The position numbers and the translations under genes were made by a program. A stretch of 61,775 bases of DNA, the filler included, from Circinaria calcarea (taxonomy: Eukaryota): NCBI GenBank assembly GCA_051942165.1. It is 6 parts of 6 records of this genome, joined end to end, with 100 filler letters (N's around TTAATTAATTAA, not from the genome) between each part and the next. Parts side by side here need not be neighbours in the genome. Positions count along the whole stretch, not along the records: positions 20,657 to 30,867 come from JAVECS010000829.1; positions 30,968 to 41,171 come from JAVECS010000830.1; 4 more parts are not named here. The stretch is one strand, 5' to 3'. A model generated the notes under the pieces. It was not told the DNA's origin and did not search any database. It saw nothing but the letters and a program-made list of their open reading frames with translations. Each line of letters opens with the position of its first letter. Position 1 is the stretch's first letter. Positions 28,243-40,109 of the stretch are shown one piece after another.

Positions 28243-28559
28243 TGCAAGGTATCCATGTCAACACTACAGAGGAATGGAAGAATTCAGTCAGAAAGGACGG
28301 TATGGAATAACGTTGTGATTGAGATCGATGCTCACTCGGCTCTTACTTTGAAGCTGTATCAATAAATCTTTTTAGCACTCCCAGCAAATACTCGGGCAAT
28401 ACCAATCCGTTCACTCAAACTGCTATAATGTCTCAAACCCATGATGTAGCCACGTGAGTAGCGTAACTTTGTTGATGTTTAGACACCGGCACTTGACTAC
28501 ATAACCAAAACTGTAACGATCAGCTTGCTTTCTGCACTCTGAGCACTTAAAGTGCCTGA

Positions 28560-29908
28560 AGTTCTCGGTCCTCAAGCATAAGAATCCTATCATAATCCCA
28601 CTGTTCACACATCCCTCCTCCTCGACCCTAAGCAAAAGGCCTTCCTCTTCAACCGCTTACTTAAGCGGATACACCCCCCCCCCCCAGTCTGGCCTTATCA
28701 CCAAGGTCTTCCACTACGTGGACGACAATCATGTTAGCCCCCTGAACATCAACCTCCGCCACCTTCCCTTCGTCTTCCCTGGCCTCGTCGATCCCATTCC
28801 TACGTCTTCCTCCATCGTTACTCCGAAGCTTCTCCCACGATCTAGATGCGAGATGAATCCCGCGTTGAAGGAACCGTCCGTGCCGTCAATCACGTCAGCA
28901 AAGCCCTATTAGCTAGAAACACTACCTAATCGAGATCTCGAGACCGAAGCTATTGCTGACGCGCAGATGTGGGTATCCGAAACGCGATCAATCGTGGATT
29001 GATTCCCCGACCCAGATCCTACGCGGCTACATAAGCTATTGCGAGCAGTGAGGGTAATGGAGTCCGCGGGGAGAATAGCCAGATGAGGACATCTGTGGCG
29101 TCGGATGTGTCAGACGATGTGAACTAGGTGAGGAGAGCTGTGAGGCGAAGGATTGGCTTGGGGGTGGATATGATCAAGGTGTATGCCGATTATTACAAGA
29201 GAATCATAGAATTCCCGCCTCCGTTGATAGATCGAGGTCCAGATGGTCAGTTTCCCCCAAACGTGGCGCAGGTGTGCCGGATCTCGAGGCCAGGAATCCT
29301 GATTATCCGTAGTTTAGTCAGAAGGAGATGAACGAGCTGGTTCAGAGGCTGCTGACAGGGCGGACTGTCCGGTCGCGCCGCATTGCGGGAACAATGACGC
29401 TGTGAAGACGGCGGTGAGAGCAGGTGTTCTGAATATTGAGCACGGTTTCAACCCCGATGAAGAAACACTATCGGTCCTGAAGGAGCACGGATGTAGGTTT
29501 GCTCCTACTTTGGCAGTGATGGAGCTTAGTTTGCCGGAAAAGAAAGGGGAGATGGCTCAGGTTTTGCGGACTACGACGAGAGCTTGGGAACTAGGCGTGG
29601 CGCTGACTTGTTGGGGTGACACAGGTAATTCGCGGACGGGGAGAACACGAGGGAGTTGGAGCTGATGGCGAGGGCGGGGGTGCCACCGGAAGATGTACTA
29701 CATGCTGCTACGATCGGAGGATGGACCGCTTCTGGAGGAGAGAGGTGTGGGAGAAAGTTTGGGTGGTGGGAAAAAGGGGTGCGCTGCTGATATCGTAGGT
29801 CTAGATGCCGATCCGGGGAATGACTCGAATGCGTTTAGGGAGGTGGCATTTGTGATGAAGGATGCGAGCATTTGGAGAGGGACGGGGAGGCGGATGGGAA
29901 TGATTTGA
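28560..29908 (+). pseudogene. Amidohydrolase (Xaa-Pro dipeptidase-like) pseudogene; 5' boundary approximate
   Basis: Fragments PGLVD, VRRRIGLGVDMIKVYADY, IEHG, APTL, AADIVGLDADP, VAFVMKD in different frames with in-frame stops. Confidence 0.7.
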
Positions 29909-30739
29909 TTATATCGCCGATGTCGAAAACGGCCGGTGTAAATCATGAGAGATAGATCTATACACGATCCCATGAGATGATGATTCTCCCTCAGCAGAGC
30001 TTTGGACAGAAGGGCCGGTGCCCTAAGGCGCTAAGCCCAAGCCATCCTAGGCTCGTTCTCTTCTTTTTTGCTTCCGGCCTCTACAGTTTAACGAGTACCA
30101 ATGGCACCACTCCCACTCCCACCCACTCCTTACTCTGGTATGGTTTTCCTCTCCGAAGATGAATCAAGGGCTTACTAAGTAAGATATGCCTTTTGGGGCG
30201 TTGACAATTCCCTGCAATTTGCCCCGCACATACTCCGTACCTTCACCTTCCACAGCCCTGGCAACGTGTAAAAAATAATCGACCAACCGGCGAAAGCAGT
30301 TCAATTCAAGCAGCTCTCGGACTCGGAGATCCCACCAGCCGAAGTCATGTTCTCTCTGTCCTCCTTACTGCTCTGGTAGGCACTTTAGTCTCGTCCCATG
30401 GACGGCTTCAATTCTACTGCTCGACTATGCTTTCAGGATCTATTCTGTGTATAAGACAGAGTTACCGATACTCATGTTCCTGAACCCCCTCCTCTCCTCT
30501 CCGTCGCCTCGTCACACCAAGGTCGGTGCATGTCGGGACGCAGCATGATGCTCTACCCCTCTTATCGACCGGAGGGGGTTCTACCAAGGCGGGGTCAATC
30601 ATGTCCATCTATACATCAACAAAAATCCAAGGCCACTTAAGGCTCCTACCAACCCAGTCGCTCCCCTCACCATACTCCATCGTTCCACTCGCGGTACGAC
30701 CACATTGACAACAGCAATATCGAAGCACCGTACCGTAGA

Positions 30740-30867
30740 ATGTCTCCATCCATCCCCGAGAAGCAATGGGCGCAAGTCTTCGAGAAGTCCGGAGGTCCGA
30801 TTGATTACAAAGAGATTCCCGTTCCCAAGCCCGGTCCCGATGAGGTGCTGGTCAATATCAAGTTCTC
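30740..30867 (+). CDS. adh1: Zinc alcohol dehydrogenase, N-terminal fragment (cut by contig end)
   Basis: [43 protein letters not shown]. Confidence 0.85.
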
Positions 30868-30967
30868 NNNNNNNNNNNNNNNNNNNNNNNNNNNNNNNNN
30901 NNNNNNNNNNNTTAATTAATTAANNNNNNNNNNNNNNNNNNNNNNNNNNNNNNNNNNNNNNNNNNNN
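30868..30967. other. Artificial contig linker
   Basis: N44-TTAATTAATTAA-N44. Confidence 0.98.
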
Positions 30968-31906
30968 CTTCTGGGGTTCTGATAATGGCGGCTTCCCATC
31001 CTTCAGGGCCGAGTCTGAATCACTCGATAGCTCGTCATCGGTCTCGTCTCTGGGTTTTCGGTAGGGTAAGACAGAAAACTCTCCAGTATCCCAGATAAGG
31101 AGGCTACCAGTAGGAAGTGAGGCAGTTTCTATAAGGTGATTCTACGAGAAGATCTTAGCCACAGGTTTGGGGCGCCTCTTTCCACACTCAATATAGGTGG
31201 TAGCTTGAGCATTTCACTTTTCATGTATAAGTATTCCCAATTTGGTCGATGGGATGTAAAGTAAAGTAATATCGAGTTCAGTCCTTAAGTAGAAAACGAT
31301 ACAACCAAACTTACCCACAGGTTATGTACTCTCGTCTCCGTAGCATTCCTATTCAGTCTCTTACTTCCAACATTTCCAGGTAAACCATACATAATTGCCT
31401 ATAGAAACAAGTCAGCTTATTGGGATGATAAATGGCTCGCCCCTACGTACCCAGCTCGCCGAAGAAGTCTCATTGATCTGCAACCGCAAATCATAATGCA
31501 ACCCCGCCACCGGATGATCATGTTGATGGATAACGAAATGGCGGCCACCAGGATGCTGATTGCGTCTGTACAGATCCTGAAATTCTAGGATAGAAAGACG
31601 CGGAGACGATATCGGAAAGCGAATCGAACGAGAAAGATGCAAGGAGAAGTAAGCAAGGTGATGGCGGATTTTGGCTTCGCCGGCTTCAATAGCTGCTAGA
31701 TTGGGAGAACTCTCCATCTCTGTTGTTTCATGTTTGTCAGTGGTCCTTGGGCTGTGCTCTCCAGGCCTTGGGTTTATAGTCCGACGAGCCCTAAGGGGTG
31801 GCGAAATTGGTGCTGCCAGTGAGGATGGCTGCGTGATGTCCCATTCCTGATTACGGCACTTGATGAAAGAGTTATCAACAAAATCAGGCTTCAAATTTCC
31901 ATGCAT
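30968..31906 (-). CDS. Fungal protein with LigD-type DNA 3'-phosphoesterase (PE) domain; 3'-truncated, start uncertain
   Basis: HFVIHQHDHPVAGLHYDLRLQINETSSASW/AIMYGLPG...RRLNRNATETRVH/NHLIETAS...GSLLIWDTGEF matches PE motifs. Confidence 0.75.
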
Positions 31907-32150
31907 GAGGATCGTGTGGATTGTATATTGCTGTTTGGGATTCGTTGCTTTGGGTGCTGCAAGATCTTCTGCTCCATGCGTGCTTTTGAGTTTTGTAGCT
32001 ACAAAGCAGAGACGCACATCACGATAAAGGCATCCAATTTTTATTTCCTGGCTCTTCACAATATTTCCGAACTCTAAAATTTACTGATAGGCTTATATAG
32101 ATGATACCAGTTCTCTGACTTCTATGTATAGTAACTCCCAAGAAAGTTAT

Positions 32151-33666
32151 TTAAACGGCGGGCTCCCATACGGCCTCGATAAGCGAAAGATTTGATCCAG
32201 CTGGTTGCTTTGCACCTACAAACCTAAACCCAGCATCGGCTATCTCAAATAGCTTTTTCCAGTCATCTAGCTCTCGTTCTCGTGAGTTCTGTATCACTAA
32301 CATAGTAAGGTCAATCGATCTGCGCGGTTGTCAGTTTCATTTTATCTATACACAACGAGATGTTGAAATTCAAATTAAGCATGAGAACCCTACCTCAACC
32401 GTTCCTCCGGCCACGCAGGAAGTACACCCGGCTCGGGAAGTACGAGGTCATTGATTAATATGCGCGCTCCTTGCTTAAGGGCCGGAATCAAGTTTCGGAG
32501 TATCTGGACAGCGTATTTATCCGACCAATTATGAAGGACCCAGCGGAACAGGTAAACGTCAGCCCCCCTGACCGGCTGTTCTGTCAAGAAATCATGAGCC
32601 ATGAACTTGATGCGGTCCGACAGCTCTGGAGGCAATTGTGTGCGGCCAGACTCGATGGCAGATGGAAGGTCCTGTACCACGAAATTTAGATAAGGAAACG
32701 ATTGCGCGAGGCGAGAGCAAACGAAGCCGAGAGAGCCACCGATCTGGAAGATACATGTTAACAAGCTATTTGATTGGACTATGTTGAGACCCTGGGAGAT
32801 AACTTACGTCAACCACTGTACCGTTCCCAATGGATAGCCATGGGTAACCGTCCACCACGTGTTCAAGACTATACCCGGTACCTTCGGTATAGAGCTTCAT
32901 CGCCTCCCCAAACCGTTTAGCTCTTGGGGATCCTGACTAAGCTCTTGATATATGGAGTTTGTCGTGTTATTTGCCAGAGCGAATCCCTATATACATGGGC
33001 CCTGCGATTCGTCATGGAAGAATTCCCATACAGTTTCGTTGGATTCCTGTGAACCAGGATACCTCATCATCGCATTGATCGTCTGCGCGTTAGCCGGCCA
33101 CATGTCTTCGGTATTGGATCCGACCCACGCATGTAGCTGTGAGTTTCTGCCAGAAGTCTAGACAGGGCTGTATGGGCAACAATTCCCTTGCGAGGCTCAT
33201 GGAAGATATGCTTTGTCATAGCATGACGCAGGAATCGACGGGTGTCTGGCTCGCTCAAACCACAGACGGCGGCTATCTGCTCAAAAGATGCCTCTTCATC
33301 AATGGGGAAGCTAGATGCGAGTTTGAAGCGGTAGATGGCGTGGAGGCTGAGGAGGTCGTCTGGCTATATACTTTCAGCGTTCAGTCTGATATGAAGACCG
33401 CGAGAGAGAACCTCCGGGATACTAACTGTGTGACTCAGAAGATAGTCGGTCGGGCCTAGCATAAGAATGCGAAGCTTCGTGGCTGCATCAATCACATCTT
33501 GCCGCGCAGATTCGATGTCTTTCGCCTCAGGTGGAACTGTGGATGTCCATGATGCGTCAATCTCAAATGACGGAGGTGGTAGCTTGTTTGCTGCAAGGTA
33601 TTCATGAACCTTGGCTGTTTTGGTTGCTATCGTGGTAGCTAGTTGCACGATGAGCTCAGAAGCCAT
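32151..33666 (-). pseudogene. SAM-dependent O-methyltransferase (Methyltransf_2 family) with two 1-bp frameshifts
   Basis: RFLRHAMTKHIFHEP, VVD/IGGS, VVQDLP, AHDF, ADVYLFRWVLHNWSDKY; frame breaks at ~33145 (LLAE/SQLHAW) and ~32925 (SQDP/RAKRFGEAM). Confidence 0.8.
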
Positions 33667-34168
33667 GGCAGATTAAAATACTCGTATTGCGTGAGACACT
33701 TCAACAATCCAAGGGGAATAAGGGTATATCGTGATCTAATAGGAGTCCTCTGTTGTCTGAGATCACTTGCTTACAAATTGATGCTCAAGGGAAAAGCGGC
33801 TTCAAAATTCGATTAGCACTACTAATATTGATAAATGATAAAGTAACTACTTTTTAAAATAAGCTCGGGGATAATAAAATTATGATTATTACACCTAATA
33901 TATATGCAGTACAATAGGGTAATTTAAGCCCTAAGGCCTAATTTGGGTATATAAGCGCTTATTTATATTATAAAATATTTCCCATATTGAAAGCACTCGC
34001 CTCTAGATCTATGTATGAATGATTTTAGCCGTGATGTTTTGCTCAGCGTTAGTACTTACTATCCCAGCTTGATAATAGGTACATCACTTTATATTCGCTT
34101 GAGATAGATAGTTTATGCCGATATTTCTTGAAAGGCCGACTTACAAACCAAGTGTTTAAGATAAGCAG

Positions 34169-35904
34169 CTATGCCAAAATGAGCTTCTCACGTTTCATGA
34201 ACATTGCCATAATCAAAGTCAACGCCCCGGCGACCAAGGAAAGGATGTAGGCTTTGCTCATGGCATGAACGATCACATGCAGCACTCCTTGCTGAAGTTC
34301 AGGCTGCAGCCCTGGGATTTGAGCTGTGGATGCCATTGAGATAGCATTTTGTATTGCATGGATGGACAGTGTTGGAATTCACCCTGTAGACCCGATTAGG
34401 CTTAGCGGCGTGTTGCCCTTCCATAGCATAAATAGCGGGCACACACATAGAAATGCAAGCAACCTTCATATTCTGCATGCCCACCTGCCCGTCCAACAGA
34501 CAGCTCAGGAGCGAATGAACTGATCCCTTTCGTTGCCTCGTTGAGAAACACAGCATTGGCGATACATAACGCAACAGCTGGTCCCACCAGTTGCACAAAC
34601 GTTAAGAATCCAATGGCGATGGGTAGTTCCTGCTTTTCAACCTTTGCTTGCACGATCGTAAACGAAAGTTGAATAAAAGTACCCGTTCCTATACCAAGTA
34701 TGATGCTGTAGCCATAGATTTTCGCGTCCGACATATACTAATTGACGGTATATAACAAAGCGCTTCCCACCAGACAAAAAGTGCCGCTGAATACGTACCA
34801 TGGCATATAATAGGGCTTTTTGCTCATAAAAGCGCCGTTGATCATGGCCATAACGACGGCTAGGACGACGTATGGAACGAGTCGGACACCGGCTTATAAA
34901 GCACTATCATTGTGGACAAATTGGAAGTAAAGTGGAATAAAGTAAACCGGAACGAAAATTGCCACAGATGCGCACGCGGTTGCAAGAAATATTATTATCA
35001 TGATCGAGGATTTGAGGAATCGAACCGGGAAAAGGCGCTGCGACCCGGTGCTTCCGATTGTCCAAAATTGCTGCGTAGAGAATATAATAATCAAGGCTCC
35101 AGCAGCAATAAACAGCCCGATAATCGAGCCGCTGTTCCAAGGGAACAAAGTACCACAAAGGATATACCCATGATGGCCGCGGCGAAGGCTCCACATAGGA
35201 TGATGGTGCCAATGAAATCATTTTCATCAGACGAGTTTTGAATCCGACATCGGAGACCTGGCCGGTATTGGGAAGCAAAAACAGATAAATCGGAGCACAC
35301 ACTGCTCCCACGCAGAGGTTGATGTAGAACGCCCATCTCCATCCCGCAGAACTGCCAGTGAAGGCTCCACCGATCACAGGTCCGAGGATAGTCCCTGTGC
35401 CCCAAGTGAGCCCAGTAAGGCCGAAATATATAGGACGCTCATGCTCCAATGTGGTGACGGAGATGAGTACCATCACACCAGTATACATTCCTGCTCCGCC
35501 GAGACCACATATTGCTCTGCAGACAATAAGAGCGTTCATACTTGGAGCCGCGCCGCAGACAGCAGAACCAACCTCGAACAGGAAAACGCAAAGGATATAG
35601 ATATATTGGGCATGGAAATGAGCGTAGAATTGACCCCTAAAAGAAAGATTAGCCACCTATTGAAAAGAGCGGTATCTATACTTTTTATAATACCAGAATA
35701 GATTCGTGCTTGCAGCCCCCATAGGGCGCCAGAAACTTTGCGTGGCGGCTCTGTCGACTCGTGAATTCCCTGCGAGTTCTTTTCAGAGGTGAGCTGTGCG
35801 ATGGGCTCCTTTGGCAGCTTTTGAAGCAAATCTGTATTGAGCGTATTTGAACGTTGAGATTGCTCCTGTGATGGCGAAAACTTTAGTTTTATTAAAGAAT
35901 CCAT
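34169..35904 (-). pseudogene. DHA2/14-TM MFS transporter pseudogene
   Basis: LFEVGSAVCGAAPSMNALI, GTILGPVIGGAF, GWRWAFYINL; in-frame stops (NDSAL*AGVRL, YTVN*YMSD), two frameshifts near 35155-35220, TM1 region apparently deleted, solo-LTR insertion. Confidence 0.88.
34370..34498. mobile_element. Solo LTR (copia-like termini) inserted in the MFS coding sequence
   Basis: 129 bp bounded by TGTTGGA...TCCAACA with 5-bp target duplication GACAG (34365-34369, 34499-34503); removal restores frame APELSIHAIQNAIS. Confidence 0.85.
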
Positions 35905-35961
35905 AAAAGTCCGAGATAGAAAAGCTTTCTATCATGAGCCAATATCGTACTTTTAAAGATC

Positions 35962-36243
35962 TTGAAGATTTGTAAGAGTATGGAGCAAAAGTCATTGGCC
36001 ACCCCTTAATTTTTCTAAGTCCGCTTAGCGCAGGGTAAATTAATAATACCAGTAAATTACTACTTACCTTGTCACAATAACCGGGACACTCGCTGTTCTA
36101 GTACTGCACACCTATGTAAAATATGAGCACTCTACGTATTTCGTAATTTACCGGTATTATTAAATTACCCTGCGCTGAGCGGACTTAGAAAAATTAAGGG
36201 GTGGCTAATGACTTTTGCTCCATACTTTTACAACTGTCTTCAA
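35962..36243. mobile_element. MITE/foldback-like element (about 100-bp inverted arms)
   Basis: 35962-36060 is a near-perfect reverse complement of 36143-36243 (gtatggagcaaaagtcattggccaccccttaatttttctaagtccgc...). Confidence 0.7.
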
Positions 36244-36459
36244 ACTTTTGTAGGAAAAACGAAAAATTGGATAAGAAGTGCAAATACGTAAATAAACCTA
36301 AAATGCCGAGTTGTTCCAGAATTCGTCTGTATCAATAGGACTAAACCTTTTTGATAGAATTGGTCACATAATCTCAAGTGCCATATCAGCTGCAGTACAG
36401 CTGGAGATATGTGCCGCTAGTAATGTATCAGCAGGTGCTGATAAGACTTCTCCTAAACC

Positions 36460-36508
36460 CTCGATCTGCAGCGGGAATGTTATCCCGGTAGACGGTGGAT
36501 GGCTCTAG
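36460..36508 (+). pseudogene. Possible C-terminal remnant of a short-chain dehydrogenase/reductase
   Basis: SICSGNVIPVDGGWL* resembles the SDR terminal G..(I/L)xVDGG motif; no upstream SDR body seen. Confidence 0.35.
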
Positions 36509-37462
36509 GCTCTTTCTGATGAGCTGAAATGCCTACAATAGAGAAAGCAAAACTGGTGTGATCTAGCTTCATGCCGTACTACGTCGGTTGAACGCATCAT
36601 GTGGGTAGATTCCAATTTCTTCAGCAGGCGCCGACTTGCTCTGACAGCGGCTGCGTTGAGTCACAGCATATGTAGTGGGTATTTAGCCAAGAACCAGGCG
36701 TCCTACCGGAAACTTGCACAATACCCCGGTACATGACGCCTTCCAAGTTCCAACATACGGCAACACGTAGCCGTACTCCGTGTCCTTTCCGATACTAGGT
36801 TGAAAAAGCTGGGTAGTCAGCTGAGCTTGGGCTAGCCCGCTACGAAAACAGCCATTAAGATGTCAATTTCTTAGGAGGAAGCGACTTTGATACCCTAGTT
36901 GGCTTAGTTCCCGGACGCAGGAGCGACGGCTGAATCCGGAAACTAAACACCCCCTGCTTAGCCAGATTAGCATGGAGTACTGACGCCTCAAGTCCAGGTC
37001 AAAGCCCTCGCACTGCACCGGCTCACCATTGGAGATCGTGTGTGGCAGTCCCTCCTTTTGATTGAAGGAATCAAATCCTAAATTGCCTTTCTGCGGCTCT
37101 AACCCGCATGTTCGTTACGCTCGCTGCAGTTATCGAAAGGATGGATATTATCTCAACACATATTTTCTCGATCGCTACCACCATCCATCTAATACAAGCT
37201 AGTAGATTTTGCGGCAAGTAAGTATATATTTGACTTTTACGGACTACGCCTCGGGCTTGTAACCACTTTTGCATTTGGGACCATTGAAGGCATCCAAATG
37301 CATTCCCCGCGGACTTTCCCGCGCAGTTGATCCTTGCCGACTATCACACAGCTTGCGAGCATGCTGCCCCGGTCATCAGATTACTTTGATTGAGGAGAAT
37401 CATATCCTTATAGCATCTCGATTGTAGAACGGACCCAAGGATTCCTTGTTTGTGATACTGCT

Positions 37463-38466
37463 ATGGCTTCTGACCTACACCAGCAAGGCTCAAGACAAGA
37501 GCCATTTCTCGAAGACGACAACTCAGAATCGAGCAAAGACGAGCTACGGAGAAAACTTCTCGATAAAGGAGAATCTACGGTTGCATACTGCAATAAGGGA
37601 AAAGCTTCGAAATGGCGGGCAATTACCCCTATCTTTTTGCATGTCTTTTTAGTCCTGCTTTACACTTCTATTTTTCTACATCAGACGAGATCATTTGTCC
37701 ACTCGAACCACAGCATCTACTGTATGTTTACCTCTATGAGAATTAATCGCCTTTACTGACCGGTTGAAGCGCCAGCATCAAGCGCTATCGAATGGACCAG
37801 AAAGAGGGTGGATGGTCTTGAGAGCGATAGTATATTCGCTGGCCCACCTAATCCGGAATCAGACAGCGCGTGGCATGATCTACTAGCAAGTATGTATGCT
37901 CCACTTTCTAATCGATCCATCATCATTAAGAAACTATTCTAGACATCAACCTACGGATTACTAGCAATGAACTGAAATCTCTCGGGCAGATCTCCCTTCC
38001 TCTAGCAGACGGCTCGGGCTATCTTGGAACTTTGGGTGTATATCATGAGTTACATTGCATTGTAATAATCGTAGGCGCACTTGGTAACCTCGCAATAAGC
38101 TAATTCTTTCCGCAGAAACGAATCCGTAAGTACGTCTACAAGGATTATTACTATCCAAACAGCTCGTACGTGGAGGAAATGGAACACCTGACACACGCTG
38201 GTGAGTACTTCTTTTGGTTCCAGTCTACTACTCTAATGCTTTAAACAGCACATTGCATTGAGCTGCTCCGGCAAGCTTCCATCTGTAAAGGTGATATATC
38301 GGTAACGGGATTCAAATGGCTGGGGAGTTCGCTGGAACCGACAACGATTGATGGTGTACTTCATCAATGCGTGAACTGGGATCGTCTCTCTAGTTGGGCC
38401 CAAAGTCGCAAAGTCAACCTCTTTGATCCAGACTTGTTAGAGAAACCCAATACCCATTACCGGTAG
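37463..38466 (+). CDS. UstYa/DUF3328 family oxidase, subtype A (5 exons)
   Basis: N-terminal TM; FAGPPNPESDSAWHDLL; LGVYHELHCI; THAAHCIELLRQASICKGD; HQCVNWDRL; all introns GT-AG and in frame. Confidence 0.93.
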
Positions 38467-38662
38467 CCAATTATATATAGATTATGTTCATTTAGGGAAA
38501 GTGTTATACACAAATCTTTCAAAGTGTGTCTACGGATAATGTTTAGGCATATTTCTTTACCCATTGCTAAATAAGTATCATGCTAATCGAATTATCGGCA
38601 TACACTTTAGATATCGTCTACAACAAGCACAGCGTCCCACCCAGACCCAAACCAGGCTATGA

Positions 38663-39433
38663 TCAAAGACTGCTTGTTTGATTATGCGTCCTCCATTTCT
38701 CCGTCCACGCGATAACCCCCACAATATCGCGGCATTGGCGCGCGTTCCCAAAACCCGTCACACCGCCTAGCTTCTCAATGATGGGCTCCAGGTTCGTATC
38801 AGCATTACACATAAGGGAAGAGCGGAGGTAGTCGATGCAGTGCCGTATATGTCCGGGGCTGGCATGGGAATGCGAGTCGGGCTGAACGCCATCGAGAGCA
38901 GCATAGTAGCCATATCTCAGGGCATTGAGGCAGTGAAGTTGATGAAAAACAGCAACCCCCATGACGTCGGGAGCAACCGCGGGATTCCGGATGAAGCCTC
39001 GTCCTTCTGATCAGAAGTGTGAGAAGCCGTGACAGATATCAGTTTGGGCAATGGGTACATACTAGGGAAAATAATATCCCAAGATTTCTTATCGGTCTCG
39101 TTGTTAGGCCTGCTGGCAAAATCCTTTCGGTAGTGGAAAGTATGATTGAATTTCCCAGCAGGGGCTATAAAATATAGGACATGAGCAATAGGTCGACCTA
39201 CGACCTTAGTTTTACTTACCTAGCCAGTCTGGAGGGGTGGGAGGAATGCTATGTACGCCGGCCCGGTATCCTAAACTGCCTGCCAGCAAGGCCGCCATGG
39301 TAATTGTGAAAAGAATTGCCATCCATGACACGCGTATTAATGGGAGTCTCTTCTGTGTCTCGATATTATGTCCGTCTGCTTCAATGCGAGTGTACTTGGT
39401 ATCGCCACTTAAATACAACGGGAATAGTCTCAT
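38663..39433 (-). CDS. UstYa/DUF3328 family oxidase, subtype B (3 exons)
   Basis: N-terminal TM; SWDIIFP/KGRGF; VFHQLHCL; HIRHCIDYLRSSLMCNADTNLEP; GFGNARQCRD. Confidence 0.93.
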
Positions 39434-40109
39434 GTTAGGCTGAAAGTATGGGAAATTCGAGGATCCACAATATCTCTTTGATTGTCGAATTGAAGAAACG
39501 AAGGGGGATTGAGAATGGTAAACAAATGTGATGCAGCTTGCTCCGCCTCGCTAATAAGGAGGACACCACACTAAGATCCCACCATTTGAAAACTCAAGTC
39601 TATACCTGAGATCTCCGTTCAAAGTCAATGCAGTAGCTCACCCACGGTAATCTAGCTGATGCAAGTAGGGTGAAGCGAGTCCGAGGCTATGAGCGGCGTG
39701 ACCATACCTCTACACGCAGCTTCTGCATATGTAATAGAACCATACCCGAAACCTAGGAATGTGTCTAGCATGTGATCCATCCATTCGTGCCCAACTTGTA
39801 GTCCGCGAAGTCCAGGTTCTTAGAGATGCATTATTAGTGGCGGCAGAGACCAACAAAGGAGGCCAACAGAAATTGTCAAAGCGATTGAAGTAACCTGTTG
39901 CCTAAACTTTAAGCATGGCCTAGAGTACGACAGTGTTCAGCAGACTGCACCGATGCTTTGCTGGAAAGTTATGCAAAGCAAGTGGATACAAGTAGACCAC
40001 CAACCCTCAAGCGTACCTAGACCACCCGCCTCGACTCTCAAATCAATCCATTTCAAAGATCAAGGACTGCCCGTTGCCTTTATCACAAATTTCTACCAAG
40101 TCTTTGAAT

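Noticed and set aside
36520..37450. Additional precursor peptide genes upstream of the first DUF3328 (also looked in 52700-54100 and 60700-61300)
   Set aside because: No signal-peptide plus acidic/aromatic motif was found by eye on either strand; very short genes cannot be fully excluded.
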